From contig NZ_JAQNDL010000001.1 of assembly GCF_028368995.1 (NCBI RefSeq), forward strand, positions 224,001-288,000: 64,000 nt of DNA, written 5' to 3'. Shown one piece after another: positions 1 through 9,875 of the stretch (within the stretch, counting starts at the first letter, position 1; each line of letters opens with the position of its first letter). Source of the stretch: Nannocystis bainbridge. GTDB taxonomy: Bacteria > Myxococcota_A > Polyangia > Nannocystales > Nannocystaceae. The notes beneath the pieces are model-generated. The model did no database searches, was not told the origin of the DNA, and saw nothing but the letters and a program-made list of their open reading frames with translations. The translations under genes were made by a program, and so were the position numbers.

Positions 1-3
1 GAG

Positions 4-1152
4 ATGCAGGACCACGTGCGAGCGGCGCCCGACCGTGAGGTGAAGCTGCAGATCGAGCGCGACGGGGTCCGCTTCGACCGCTTCGTCACGCCGCGCCGCA
101 GCGTGGTCAAGAACGCCGTCGACGAGCCCGAGGCCCGCGGCATGCTGGGCGTGTTCCCGTGGGTGTACGCGCCGCAGATCGGCATCGTCGACACCCGCTC
201 GGCGGCGCACGAGCAGGGCCTGCAGACCGGCGACATCATCACGTCGATCAACGGCGAGCCGATCGCCACGGTCGAGGATCTCGAGCGCGAGCTGACGCGT
301 CAGGGTACGGCGCTGCTGCGCTTGACGTACCTGCGCGCGGTGCCGGTGCGCAGCGAGTTCGGGACGTACTGGTGGTACGCGTCGCACCACGCGCGGCTGC
401 TGCCACGTCACGAGGGCGGCGCGACCGGCCTGCTGCCGGCCAACACGTTCGTCCGCACGGTCGCGTCCGGTTCGCCGGCGGCGCGCGCCGGGATCGCACC
501 CGGCGATCGCGTGCTCGCGGTCGACGATCGCCCGGTCACCCGCTGGGAGACGGTCGCGGTGATGCTCGATCGTCAGGGCACCAAGCCGCTCGACCTGCGC
601 GTGCAGTCGCCTGGTGAGGCGCCGCGCACGGTCCGCGTCGAGCAGGAGGTCCGCACCCACCGCGGGATCTACAAGCAAGAGCGCAGCTACCTGTTCTTCG
701 GGGCCGATCCGTACGCCAAGCGCGAGGTGCCGCCGCCCGAGCCGATCCGCGGCCGCGTCACCTACGCCGTGCGCTCGGCGATCGACGAGACGCTGTCGAT
801 GCTCGGCATGATGTGGACGAGCTTGCGGCAGATGGTGACGCTCGAGCGCGGGGTCGACGAGCTCAGCTCCGTGGTCGGGATCTTCAACGTCGCCGGCACC
901 GCGGCCGAGCAAGGGCCGGGTCAGTTCCTGCTGCTGATGGCGCTGCTCAGCATCAACCTCGGCTTCGTCAACCTGCTGCCGATCCCGATCCTCGACGGCG
1001 GGCACCTGATGTTCTTCACGCTCGAGGCGCTGCGTCGCCGGCCGCTCGGTCAGCGCGCGCGCGAGGTGGCCAGCGCCGTCGGCCTGGTGATCATCCTGGT
1101 GCTGCTGCTGATCGCCCTGCGCAACGACATCACCCGCTTCTGGATGGACTAG
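4..1152 (+). CDS. rseP: RIP metalloprotease RseP (M50, PDZ domains); 5'-truncated by the window edge
   Basis: Two PDZ-like repeats (GDIITSING, GDRVLAVDD) and the C-terminal NLGFVNLLPIPILDGGH motif. The HExxH region lies upstream of the window. Confidence 0.9.
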   Translation: MQDHVRAAPDREVKLQIERDGVRFDRFVTPRRSVVKNAVDEPEARGMLGVFPWVYAPQIGIVDTRSAAHEQGLQTGDIITSINGEPIATVEDLERELTRQGTALLRLTYLRAVPVRSEFGTYWWYASHHARLLPRHEGGATGLLPANTFVRTVASGSPAARAGIAPGDRVLAVDDRPVTRWETVAVMLDRQGTKPLDLRVQSPGEAPRTVRVEQEVRTHRGIYKQERSYLFFGADPYAKREVPPPEPIRGRVTYAVRSAIDETLSMLGMMWTSLRQMVTLERGVDELSSVVGIFNVAGTAAEQGPGQFLLLMALLSINLGFVNLLPIPILDGGHLMFFTLEALRRRPLGQRAREVASAVGLVIILVLLLIALRNDITRFWMD

Positions 1153-1889
1153 TGACGACCTGGCTGCTCGCGCTCGACACCTCGACGCCGCGGACAGCGC
1201 TGGCGGTCGGTCACATCGACGCCGCGACCGGCAGCGCGCACGCGGTGGCGGAGGCGACGCATGACGATCGCGGGCGCCCGGCCTCGGCCGAGCTGGCAAC
1301 CCGGATCTCGGCGCTGCTGGCAGCGGCCGGCGTGGCGCCGCGCGAGCTCGGGGCGATCGCCTGCGGCCTCGGGCCCGGGATGTTCACCGGCAGCCGCGTC
1401 GCCCTGGCCACCGCCAAGGGGCTGGCGCTCGGCCTGGGCTGCCCGCTGTTCGGCCTCAGCACGCTGGCGATCGTGGCCGGTGCCGAGCGCGTCCGCGGGT
1501 CGGTCCTGGCCCTGCTCGACGCCCGCCGCGGCGATGTCTACGCGGCCGCGTTTCAGCTCGGCGACGCGGGGCCGGAGCGGCTGAGCGAGGATCGCTGCTG
1601 TCCTTTGGAGCAGGTGCTGGCCGAGCTGCCGCCGGCGTTCGTCGCCGAGGCGCGCGCGGTCGGCCCCGGCGTAGCGGTCGCCTCCGCCCTGCCCTCCGAG
1701 CTGCTCGCGCGCTCGCTGGCGGTCCCCGGCGCCGACGCGCCCGGGCTGTGGGCCGCGGCCGCCCGCGCGGCGCTGCACGAGGCGCCGGTCGACGTCGCCA
1801 CCGTCGACGCGGTCTACCTGCGCGCCAGCTACGCCGAGCTCGGGCTCAACACGCCCAAGCGCCCGCCGTACCGCTCGCCGTTCGTATGA
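1152..1889 (+). CDS. tsaB: tRNA threonylcarbamoyladenosine biosynthesis protein TsaB
   Basis: GTG at 1152 overlaps the rseP stop; motifs LLALDTST, GLGPGMFTGSR, LLDARRGDVY. Confidence 0.9.
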   Translation: MTTWLLALDTSTPRTALAVGHIDAATGSAHAVAEATHDDRGRPASAELATRISALLAAAGVAPRELGAIACGLGPGMFTGSRVALATAKGLALGLGCPLFGLSTLAIVAGAERVRGSVLALLDARRGDVYAAAFQLGDAGPERLSEDRCCPLEQVLAELPPAFVAEARAVGPGVAVASALPSELLARSLAVPGADAPGLWAAAARAALHEAPVDVATVDAVYLRASYAELGLNTPKRPPYRSPFV

Positions 1890-1956
1890 CCGCACGGACA
1901 TGCTCGATCGAGCATGTCGCTTCGCACATGGTCTCGTGGACATGTCCTCGAGAACA
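1887..1956. repeat. Phased array of five 14-bp TG-N10-CA palindromic units
   Basis: TGACC-GCAC-GGACA, TGCTC-GATC-GAGCA, TGTCG-CTTC-GCACA, TGGTC-TCGT-GGACA, TGTCC-TCGA-GAACA; CATG at 1899, 1913, 1927, 1941, 1955. Confidence 0.9.
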
Positions 1957-1985
1957 TGCGCTGCGTGCGTCGCCCGCCCCGGGCG

Positions 1986-2840
1986 TCAGAACGCCACCGA
2001 CAGCCCGCGGCCGCCGATCGCCAGCGCGGCGGCGGCGCGGCGGCGCTGGTCGCCGATGATGAGCATCGGCAGGCCGGCGGTGAAGGCCGTCGCCCCGGTG
2101 ACGATGCTGAGCGCGGCCGAGGCGTCGCGCTCGCGGCCGGCCATGCCGACGCCGAGGCCGACCACCAGCAGGCCACCGGCCATCAAGGCGACGCCGAGGT
2201 TGGTCCACAGCTTGCCCCGCTTGCCCGAGCGCGGCGGGATGGCGGGCACGTACGGAGTATCGAGCGGGGCGGCGCGGGCCAGGGCGCCTGGCTCGAGGAT
2301 CCGGTCGGAGAAGACATGTCCTTCGGGATAGGCGATGACCGCGCTGAGCGTGACCGAGGCGGGGGCCGGGGCCGCGGGGCCGGTGCACACCGAGCCGGCA
2401 GCGCGCAGGCGGGCGTCGACGCGGACGCGGGCGCCTCGCAGCAGGGCCACGGCCGCGGGCGTGAGCACGCCGGCAGACTCGAGCAGCCGCGCGTGGCGGA
2501 CCAGCCGGAGGTCGGCGGCGCACAGCAGGTCGGTGCGCGAAGGATCGTCGGCCTGGGCCTCGGCGGCCGCCTGCACGCCCTTCTCGAGCGGCTCGTGGGC
2601 GCTGCCGAGGAACCGCTGCGGGGCGGCGCTGCCCGTGAGGCGATCGTGCGCGCGGAAGTAAAACTCGGCGGCGCTGGCGTGGGCCCCCTCGGCGGCGCGC
2701 TCGTCGGCGTAACCGGTGAGGTTGTCGCTCCACAGCACGCTCTCGTGGACTGGGCCCTCGGCCGGCCGCGCCGCGACGGAACTGGCGCTCAGCGCCACCA
2801 CGAGCCCACAGGCGACCGCCCGGACACCGCGCATGCCCAC
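1986..2840 (-). CDS. Hypothetical secreted/membrane protein (signal peptide, two C-terminal hydrophobic helices)
   Basis: N-terminal hydrophobic stretch VACGLVVALSASSVAA; C-terminal TM-like segments; typical high-GC codon usage. Confidence 0.6.
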   Translation of the reverse strand: MGMRGVRAVACGLVVALSASSVAARPAEGPVHESVLWSDNLTGYADERAAEGAHASAAEFYFRAHDRLTGSAAPQRFLGSAHEPLEKGVQAAAEAQADDPSRTDLLCAADLRLVRHARLLESAGVLTPAAVALLRGARVRVDARLRAAGSVCTGPAAPAPASVTLSAVIAYPEGHVFSDRILEPGALARAAPLDTPYVPAIPPRSGKRGKLWTNLGVALMAGGLLVVGLGVGMAGRERDASAALSIVTGATAFTAGLPMLIIGDQRRRAAAALAIGGRGLSVAF

Positions 2841-2942
2841 CAGCCTACCGCCGGTGACGCGAGGGCGCCAGCCGGCGGCGCGTCGCCGCAGGCCGTGACT
2901 GCGCCGGCCGACCGCGCGATGTCGGAGTGACGCCGTCGTCGC

Positions 2943-4178
2943 TCAGCCGCGCAGGTGGGCCAGCAGTTGCTCGACGGTGTTGCGACGCGGATCTTCGAGG
3001 ACCCAGTCGAGCAGATCGACGAGCGTCTTGCCGAGCTTGGGACCGGGCGTAGCCAGCCCCTCGCGCACGAGGTCGTCGCCGCCGATGGCCAGCTCGCCGA
3101 CGGCCAGCGGTGCGCCGCGGATGGCCTCCTCGATCGTCACCGCCTGGGCCCACTCGCTCGCGTGCACGACGGCGGCGTCGGCGGCGTACTTGCGCCCGAG
3201 CTTGGCCAGCGTGCGCCGCAGCAGCAGCGGGTCGTGCGAGCGCGCCAGCGGCTCGAGCGCCGGGTTCGTGAGCGCGAGGACCCGCGCCCGCTCGTCCCGG
3301 CTCGGGCGCAGGTCGTCGATGATCTTCTCGATCGTCCCCCGCTCGCCGCGCAGCGGCCACAGCAGTCGGGCCAGGCGGGTCACCGGGTCGCGCGGCATGC
3401 GGTCCACATGCTCGATCGCCGCGGACTGCTCCTCGAAGCTCAGCGGGGCGAGCACGCGGGCCCAGATGCCGGTCTCGGCCATCGGCAGCAGGCCGAGGAT
3501 CGGGCGCGCGGCCGCCAGCAGCTTGAACAGCTCGACGTGGACGCGCTCGCGGCTGACCTTGTCGAGGACGTCGAGCGCGCCGCCGATCGCCGCGGCGGTG
3601 TCGAGGTCGAGCCTGTACTCGAGGACAGCACACAGCCGGACCGCACGCATGGCCCGGAGGCCGTCCTCCTGGAAGCGTTGGGCCGGGTCGCCGACGGCGC
3701 GGATGACCCCGCGGCCGAGGTCGCCGAGGCCGTCGAAGCAGTCGGTGAAGATCTCGCGGATGGGGTTCCAGGCGAAGGCGTTGATGGTGAAGTCGCGGCG
3801 CGCGAGGTCCTCGCGGAGGTCGCGGAGGAACCGGACCTCGGAGGGGCGCCGGCCGTCGTCGTAGCGGCCCTCGCCGCGGAAGGTCGTGATCTCGGCGAGG
3901 ATCCGGGCGTCGCCGCGGCCGTGGATGACGGTCACCGTGCCGTGCGCGACGCCGGTCGGGATCGTCTTCTTGAACAGCGTCTGGACCTCTTCGGGCGTGG
4001 CGCTGCTGGCGAGGTCCCAGTCGCCGTGAGTGCGGCCGAGGAGCACGTCGCGGACGGCGCCGCCGACCAGCACGGCCTCGTGTCCGGCGTCATGAAGGAT
4101 CTGGGCGATCTCACGGAGCGCGGCAGGGATGGGCGCGGCGCGCAGCAGGGCCGCCGCCTGCGAAGGCGTGGGGGTCAT
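2943..4178 (-). CDS. cca: CCA-adding tRNA nucleotidyltransferase (class II)
   Basis: LVGGAVRD..DWD, EITTFR, RRDFTINA, EDGLR; no poly(A) polymerase GRRF signature; start placed at ATG 4178. Confidence 0.85.
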   Translation of the reverse strand: MTPTPSQAAALLRAAPIPAALREIAQILHDAGHEAVLVGGAVRDVLLGRTHGDWDLASSATPEEVQTLFKKTIPTGVAHGTVTVIHGRGDARILAEITTFRGEGRYDDGRRPSEVRFLRDLREDLARRDFTINAFAWNPIREIFTDCFDGLGDLGRGVIRAVGDPAQRFQEDGLRAMRAVRLCAVLEYRLDLDTAAAIGGALDVLDKVSRERVHVELFKLLAAARPILGLLPMAETGIWARVLAPLSFEEQSAAIEHVDRMPRDPVTRLARLLWPLRGERGTIEKIIDDLRPSRDERARVLALTNPALEPLARSHDPLLLRRTLAKLGRKYAADAAVVHASEWAQAVTIEEAIRGAPLAVGELAIGGDDLVREGLATPGPKLGKTLVDLLDWVLEDPRRNTVEQLLAHLRG

Positions 4179-4242
4179 GCCACCGACGTTATCACTCACG
4201 CGGCCGGGTTCGCACGCCGGGGTGCTATGGTTGACCGTGGCC

Positions 4243-4632
4243 ATGGACTTCCCGATCCGGATCACGCCCCTCCTCCGACCCCTGCTCTTCCCGCTCCGGG
4301 CCTCGGGTGAGCGCGCGGCGGTGCGGATCGGCGGCGGACGGGTCGAGGTCGAGTTCGGGGTGTTGTTCCGCGGCAGCTTCGCGCTCGAGCAGATCGAGCA
4401 CGTCAGCCGCTCGACCTGGCCGTGGTGGAGCGGCCTCGGTCTGCGGCTCGGCGCGCGCGGCCGCGTGGGCCTCGTCGGTTCGCTCGAAGGGGTGGTCTGC
4501 GTCCACTTCAACCGCCCCCAGCGCGTCCGCGCGCCGTTCCCGTGGCGCTGCCGCGAGCTCTACCTGTCCCTCCACGACCCCGACGGCTTCATCGCCACCG
4601 TCGAGGCCGAGGCCCACATGGCCGCGGCATAG
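4243..4632 (+). CDS. Hypothetical protein (PH-like small beta domain)
   Basis: MDFPIRITP...LYLSLHDPDGFIA; typical codon usage; fills the gap between cca and polA. Confidence 0.6.
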   Translation: MDFPIRITPLLRPLLFPLRASGERAAVRIGGGRVEVEFGVLFRGSFALEQIEHVSRSTWPWWSGLGLRLGARGRVGLVGSLEGVVCVHFNRPQRVRAPFPWRCRELYLSLHDPDGFIATVEAEAHMAAA

Positions 4633-4644
4633 GACGCCGCCCGC

Positions 4645-7425
4645 TCAGCCCTTGCAGGCGGCCCAGTTGGGCCCCTGACCAGCGTCGACGTGCAGCGGCA
4701 CCTGCAGCTTGTCGCCCGCGGCCCCCTCCATCAGCGGGCGCGCGAGGGCGATGAGCTCTTCGACGCGGCCGGCCTCGCACTCGAAGATGAGCTCGTCGTG
4801 CACGGTCAGCAGCATCTGCACCCACGGCTTGTCGGCCAGCGCGGCGTCGACGGCGATCATGGCCCGCTTCATGATGTCGGCGGCGCTGCCCTGGATCGGG
4901 GTGTTGCGAGCGACCCGCTCGCCGGCGGCGCGTGCGGCCCCCTTGCGCGCGAGCTCGGGGATCCGCCGCCTGCGACCGAAGATGGTCTCGGCGTAGCCGC
5001 GCGCGCTGGCGAGGTCGATGAGATCCTCCATGTAGCGCGACACGCCAGGGATCTTCTCGAAGTAGACCTTGATGTAGCTGCCGGCCTTGCCGCGCGGGAT
5101 GCCGAGCTGGCGCGCGAGGCCGAACGCCGACTGGCCGTAGATGACGCCGAAGTTGACGGCCTTGGCGATGCGCCGCTGCTCGCCGGTGACCTCGGGCTCG
5201 GGCACGCCGAACACCTCGGCGGCGGTGCGGCGGTGGACGTCGACGCCGTCGTGGAATGACGACACCAGGTTCTTGTCGCCCGAGAGGTGGGCGAGGATCC
5301 GCAGCTCGATCTGCGAGTAGTCGAGCGCCACCAGCAGCTTGCCGGGGCCGGCGACGAAGCCCTCGCGGATGCGCCGGCCGACCTCGCTGCGGACCGGGAT
5401 GTTCTGCAGGTTGGGGTCCTTGCTCGAGAGCCGGCCGGTCTGGGCCACGGCCTGGCGGAAGTTGGTGTGGAGGCGACCGGTGACCGGGTTGATCTCGTTC
5501 GGCAGCGAGTCGAGGTAGGTGCCCTTGAGCTTGGTGAGGCCGCGGTACTCGAGGATGAGGCCGACCACCGGGTGATAGGCGGCGAGCTCTTCGAGCACTG
5601 CGGCGTCGGTCGAGTAGCCGGTCTTGGTCTTGCGCCCGGCCTCGAGCCCGAGGTCCTCGAACAGCAGCTTCTGCAGCTGGGTCGGCGAGTCGGGGTTGAG
5701 GTCGTAGCCGGCGTGCTCGGCGATCTGGGCCCGCAGCGCGGCGATGTCGACGCCCATGGCCTCGCCCTGCTTCGAGAGGACCTCGGCGTCGACGCGCACG
5801 CCGGTCTCCTCGATGCGCTGCAGCACGCGCACGAGCGGCATCTCGAGCTCGTCGAACAGGGACCGCAGGGCGCTCGACTCGTCGAGCTGCGGGCGCAGGT
5901 GCTCACCTGTCTTCAAGGCCAGCTCGGCGCGCTCGCAGGCGTAGGCCATCGTGCGATCGACCGGGGCGCGGGTGAAGGTGACGGCCTTCTTGCCCTTGCC
6001 GAGCACGTCCTCCTGGACGCCGGCGGTGTAGGCGAACAGGTCCTTGGCCAGCTCGGTGAGGTTGTGAGACGCGCGCGCCGGGTCGAGGGTGTACGAGGCC
6101 AGCTTCGGGTCCATCACCAGCGGGCCGAGCTCGACGCCGTGGCGGCGGAGGACGATGGCCTGGAACTTGGACCCCTGGGCCACCAGCGGCAGCGCGCCGG
6201 CCATCAGCCGCCGCAGCTGGGCGGTGATGATGTCCTTGGCGACATGTTTCACGAGCAAGGCGTCGCCCTCGTGCGCGACCGGCAGGTAGGCCGGCGCCGG
6301 CGCGCCTTCGCCTCCCGGCGCCAGGGCCACGCCGACCAGCGCGGCCCGCATCGAGTCGGCGACGTCGACGACGATCTGCAGGGCCAGGCTCTTGCCGTGG
6401 GCCAGGGCGGCGTCGACGTAGGCGGTCAGCTCGGCCTCGCTGGTCAGCGTCTGGTAGCGCGACTTGTCGAGGATGAGCGGGGCGCCGGGGCGCAGCTCGA
6501 GCGGGCCCTCGGGCGGCTTGTGCTCGATGGCCTTGCCGCGCAGGCCGAGCAGGCTCTTGAACCCGAGCGGACCGAAGAACGCCTCGAGCGTGGCCTGGTC
6601 GCTGCCGCGGTCGACCAGCTCGTCGAGCGGGCGCGGCAGCGGGACCTCGCAACGCAGCTGCACGAGCTGACGGCTGAGGCGCGCGTTGGCGGCGTGCTCC
6701 TGCAGGGCCTCGCGGCGCTTGACCTGCTTGATGCTGGCGGCGCCGTTCAGCAGACCCTCGAGATCGCCGAACTCCTCGAGCAGCTGGGCGGCGGTCTTGG
6801 GGCCGATGCCGGGCACGCCGGGCACGTTGTCGGAGCTGTCGCCGGTGAGCGCGAGCAGGTCGACCAGCTTGGTCGGCGGCACGCCCCACTTCTCGACGAC
6901 CTCGGGCGGGCCGATCAGCTTGGACTTCATCGAGTCCCACATGAGGATCGGCTTGCGCTGATCGTCGCCGGCGTCGACGAGCTGCATGAGGTCCTTGTCG
7001 GTCGAGAGGATCACGACCGAGCGCCCGGCCTTCTGCGCGGCGTGGGCGTAGCAGCCGATGATGTCGTCGGCCTCGACCCCGGCGACCTCGATCACCGGCA
7101 GGCCGAGCGCGGCCGTCGCCTGGCGGACCAGCGGGATCTGGGGCACCAGGTCCTCGGGCATCGGCGGACGGTGAGCCTTGTAGGCGGGGTAGAGCTCGTT
7201 GCGGAAGCTCTTCTCGGCGTGGTCGAACACGGCGATGAAGACCTCGGGCTGGAACTCCTTCCGCATGGCCTGGATCATGCGGACGAACCCGTGCACGGCG
7301 TTGATCGGCGCGCCGCCCGGGGCGCTCAGGCTCGGCATGGCATGGAAGGCGCGGAAGATGAAGTTGTTGCCGTCGATGAGGAAGACGCTGCCAGGGCCGC
7401 CTTGAGGACGCGCGTTTGTGCTCAC
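4645..7425 (-). CDS. polA: DNA polymerase I
   Basis: 5' nuclease motifs LIDG, EADD, DKD, GDSSDNVPGVPGIGPKTA; polymerase motifs TGRLSSKDPNLQNIP, DYSQIELR, AKAVNFGVIYG, TVHDEL. Confidence 0.97.
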   Translation of the reverse strand: MSTNARPQGGPGSVFLIDGNNFIFRAFHAMPSLSAPGGAPINAVHGFVRMIQAMRKEFQPEVFIAVFDHAEKSFRNELYPAYKAHRPPMPEDLVPQIPLVRQATAALGLPVIEVAGVEADDIIGCYAHAAQKAGRSVVILSTDKDLMQLVDAGDDQRKPILMWDSMKSKLIGPPEVVEKWGVPPTKLVDLLALTGDSSDNVPGVPGIGPKTAAQLLEEFGDLEGLLNGAASIKQVKRREALQEHAANARLSRQLVQLRCEVPLPRPLDELVDRGSDQATLEAFFGPLGFKSLLGLRGKAIEHKPPEGPLELRPGAPLILDKSRYQTLTSEAELTAYVDAALAHGKSLALQIVVDVADSMRAALVGVALAPGGEGAPAPAYLPVAHEGDALLVKHVAKDIITAQLRRLMAGALPLVAQGSKFQAIVLRRHGVELGPLVMDPKLASYTLDPARASHNLTELAKDLFAYTAGVQEDVLGKGKKAVTFTRAPVDRTMAYACERAELALKTGEHLRPQLDESSALRSLFDELEMPLVRVLQRIEETGVRVDAEVLSKQGEAMGVDIAALRAQIAEHAGYDLNPDSPTQLQKLLFEDLGLEAGRKTKTGYSTDAAVLEELAAYHPVVGLILEYRGLTKLKGTYLDSLPNEINPVTGRLHTNFRQAVAQTGRLSSKDPNLQNIPVRSEVGRRIREGFVAGPGKLLVALDYSQIELRILAHLSGDKNLVSSFHDGVDVHRRTAAEVFGVPEPEVTGEQRRIAKAVNFGVIYGQSAFGLARQLGIPRGKAGSYIKVYFEKIPGVSRYMEDLIDLASARGYAETIFGRRRRIPELARKGAARAAGERVARNTPIQGSAADIMKRAMIAVDAALADKPWVQMLLTVHDELIFECEAGRVEELIALARPLMEGAAGDKLQVPLHVDAGQGPNWAACKG

Positions 7426-7544
7426 GCAGCGGGTTCTACCACATGCGCGCCGCCCGTCGACCCGGTCCCGGCGCGCGCGGCGATCCGCGGCGCCGGAGCC
7501 GATCTGCGTCGGCGCACGTCATGGCCGCGGGGGAGCGCACGACC

Positions 7545-7725
7545 TGTCCTTCGGGGCAGGTGCTTGGCGACCTCGGCCGCGAGCGACATGAAAGGATCCC
7601 GACCCATGGCCACCTCGTCCGCGGCGGCTCTGCGTCGACATGTCCTCCGGGACATGTGATGCGAGCGGGCTCGGCCTTTCGACCTGTCCTCAGGGCCAGG
7701 TCCAGGCGACCTGTCCTTGGGGACA
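7545..7725. repeat. Cluster of four TGTCC-N4-GGACA-type palindromes upstream of polA
   Basis: 7545 TGTCC-TTCG-GGGCA; 7641 TGTCC-TCCG-GGACA; 7685 TGTCC-TCAG-GGCCA; 7712 TGTCC-TTGG-GGACA. Confidence 0.85.
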
Positions 7726-7733
7726 GGCGCGGG

Positions 7734-9875
7734 TCAGCGCGGGTCGGCGGCGCAGCGGAAGCCGATGCCGTGGGTGTGGGCGTCGGCGTCGTTGGGGAAC
7801 CGCAGCGCCGGGTCGGAGTGCTCGGGCTCGGAGCTGTTGAAGGCGCCGCCGCGGATCACCCGGTTGTTGCCCGGCATCGGCGGGGCCGGCTCGCCCTCGG
7901 TGGTCGGGTAGCGCTCGAAGCGGTCGGCCGTCCACTCGAACACGTTGCCGACGAGGTCGAACAGGCCGTTCTCGGTCTTGCCGCCGGGGAAGCTGCCGAC
8001 CGGCGCGGTGCCGACGAACTTGTCGTCGGCGGCGTACATCGGCTCGACCGGCGGCAGGCCCTTCTGCTTGCGCCACGCGACGCACTCGGTGCCGCAGGCG
8101 TTGAGGTGCTCGGGGCTGGGGGCGCCGTCGCCCCACGGGAACACGCGGCCGTCGGAGCCGCGGGCGGCGAACTCGAACTCGGCCTCGCTCGGCAGGCGCC
8201 CGCCGTGAACGCGGCAGTACTCGTCGGCCTGGGCCCAGGTGATGCAGTTGATCGGGTGCTGCTTGCGCTCCTCGACGCCGGCGTTGCACAGGGTCGTGTA
8301 GGCGGCCTTGGCCTTGTCCCAGTCGGCCCGCTTGCTCGAGCCCTGCGGCCAGAAGCTGTCGCGGTAGGCCCGCTTGCACTCGCCCTTGTCCGAGCAGGTC
8401 TCGTACTTCTCGGTCGTGACCTCGTAGACGTCGATGCAGAACGGCCGGATCTCGACCTTGTGCAGCGGCCGCGCCAGCGCCAGCACCGGCTTCTCCGACT
8501 CGGTGCCCATGAAGAAATTCTTGCCGGTGACGAACACCATGCCCTCGGGGCACGAGGTCGGCGGCTTGGGCGGCTCGACCTTGACCTCGGGCTTGGGCGC
8601 GTCGACCACCTTGGTCTCGGCGGGCGGCGGCTCGGGCGGTTTTTCGGCCTCGCCCCCGCCGCGCGTGGCGATGAACACGGCGGCGCCGATGGCCACGAGG
8701 GCGCCGACGACCGCCGCGATCGCGCCGATGGCCATCGGCTTGACGGTGGGCGCGGGCGGGGTGACGACGGTGGAAGGGACCGGCGGCGAGACCGGGGTCG
8801 GCGGGGCCGACATCGTCATCACCGGCTGCTGCGCCAGCAGCTCGCCCGAGCCCCGGGTCTTGAGCGGGCCGCCTTGACCGTCGGGCACCACGGTCTGACC
8901 GATGGTGGTCTCGGCGGCCTGGATCGCCGGGTACTCCTTGAGCTCGAGCGCGGCGGCGAGGCCGGTCCAGAACTCGCCCATGTTGGCGTAGCGGTCGACG
9001 ACCTTGACCGCGAGCGCCTTTTGGAACACGGCCTCGACGGCGTCGGAGGTGGTGATGCCGAAGGTCCGCGGGGTCGGGCGCCGCTGGGTGTTCTGGGTCG
9101 CGAACGCGAACTGGATGAACTGCTCGCCCTCGAGCGCCGGCAGGCCGCCGCGCATGATCTCGACCAGCACGAGCGCCATTTGATAGACGTCGGTCCACGG
9201 GCCGGTGGCGCCGTAGCTGCGGTCGAACTGCTCGGGCGCGCCGTAGGTCGGGGTGAAGCTCGAGATCTGGGTGCCGGTGGCCTGCATCGCCGTGCGGGCC
9301 TGGCTCTGCATGACCTTGGCGATGCCGAAGTCGAGGACCTTGATGACGACGCCCGGGGCCAGCGCGTCGCCGAGGACGAAGAAGTTGGCCGGCTTGATGT
9401 CGCGATGAGCGACGCCGCGGCCGTGGGCCAGCGCGAGCGCGCGGGCGCAGCCGTCCATGAGGTTGAAGGTCTCGAGCGCGCTGCGCTCGGGCGAGCGCGG
9501 CGTGCCTGTGTCGTGGCCGATCCACGCCTCGAGCGGGCGACCGTCGAGCCACTCGAGCACCATGTACGGCAGCCACACGCCGTTCGGGGTGGTGAGCGTG
9601 CCGATGTCGCGGGCCTGGACGATGCCGGTGGTCCGGCTCGACAGCGCGGTCAGCAGCTTGCCCTCGCGGACGAACGCCTCGAGCAGCTCCTCGCGCATCT
9701 CGACCGGGGCGTTCGACAGCGCGGTGAAGCACTTGACGGCCACCGGCTCGTCCCAGATCCGATGGTTGGCCCGGTAGACGATGCCGAAGCCGCCCTCCCC
9801 GACCACGCGCTCGATGGAATACTTGTCGGCGACGAGGGTGCCGACGAGCCCGAATCGGTCCACCGCCTCAGCCAT
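7734..9875 (-). CDS. Ser/Thr protein kinase with TM segment and C-terminal formylglycine-generating-enzyme (SUMF1) family domain
   Basis: GEGGFGIVY, VAVK, HRDIKPAN, DFG, APE; TM IAAVVGALVAIGAAVFI; FGE motifs RLPSEAEFEFAARG, GLFDLVGNVFEW, IGFRCA. Confidence 0.92.
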   Translation of the reverse strand: MAEAVDRFGLVGTLVADKYSIERVVGEGGFGIVYRANHRIWDEPVAVKCFTALSNAPVEMREELLEAFVREGKLLTALSSRTTGIVQARDIGTLTTPNGVWLPYMVLEWLDGRPLEAWIGHDTGTPRSPERSALETFNLMDGCARALALAHGRGVAHRDIKPANFFVLGDALAPGVVIKVLDFGIAKVMQSQARTAMQATGTQISSFTPTYGAPEQFDRSYGATGPWTDVYQMALVLVEIMRGGLPALEGEQFIQFAFATQNTQRRPTPRTFGITTSDAVEAVFQKALAVKVVDRYANMGEFWTGLAAALELKEYPAIQAAETTIGQTVVPDGQGGPLKTRGSGELLAQQPVMTMSAPPTPVSPPVPSTVVTPPAPTVKPMAIGAIAAVVGALVAIGAAVFIATRGGGEAEKPPEPPPAETKVVDAPKPEVKVEPPKPPTSCPEGMVFVTGKNFFMGTESEKPVLALARPLHKVEIRPFCIDVYEVTTEKYETCSDKGECKRAYRDSFWPQGSSKRADWDKAKAAYTTLCNAGVEERKQHPINCITWAQADEYCRVHGGRLPSEAEFEFAARGSDGRVFPWGDGAPSPEHLNACGTECVAWRKQKGLPPVEPMYAADDKFVGTAPVGSFPGGKTENGLFDLVGNVFEWTADRFERYPTTEGEPAPPMPGNNRVIRGGAFNSSEPEHSDPALRFPNDADAHTHGIGFRCAADPR

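Noticed and set aside
1938-1947. GGACATGTCC junction matching the eukaryotic p53 half-site
   Set aside because: The context is clearly bacterial; the 10-mer is simply the junction of two tandem 14-bp units.
2943-4178. Poly(A) polymerase PcnB
   Set aside because: It lacks the [LIV][LIV]G[RK][RK]F signature, so a tRNA nucleotidyltransferase is more likely.
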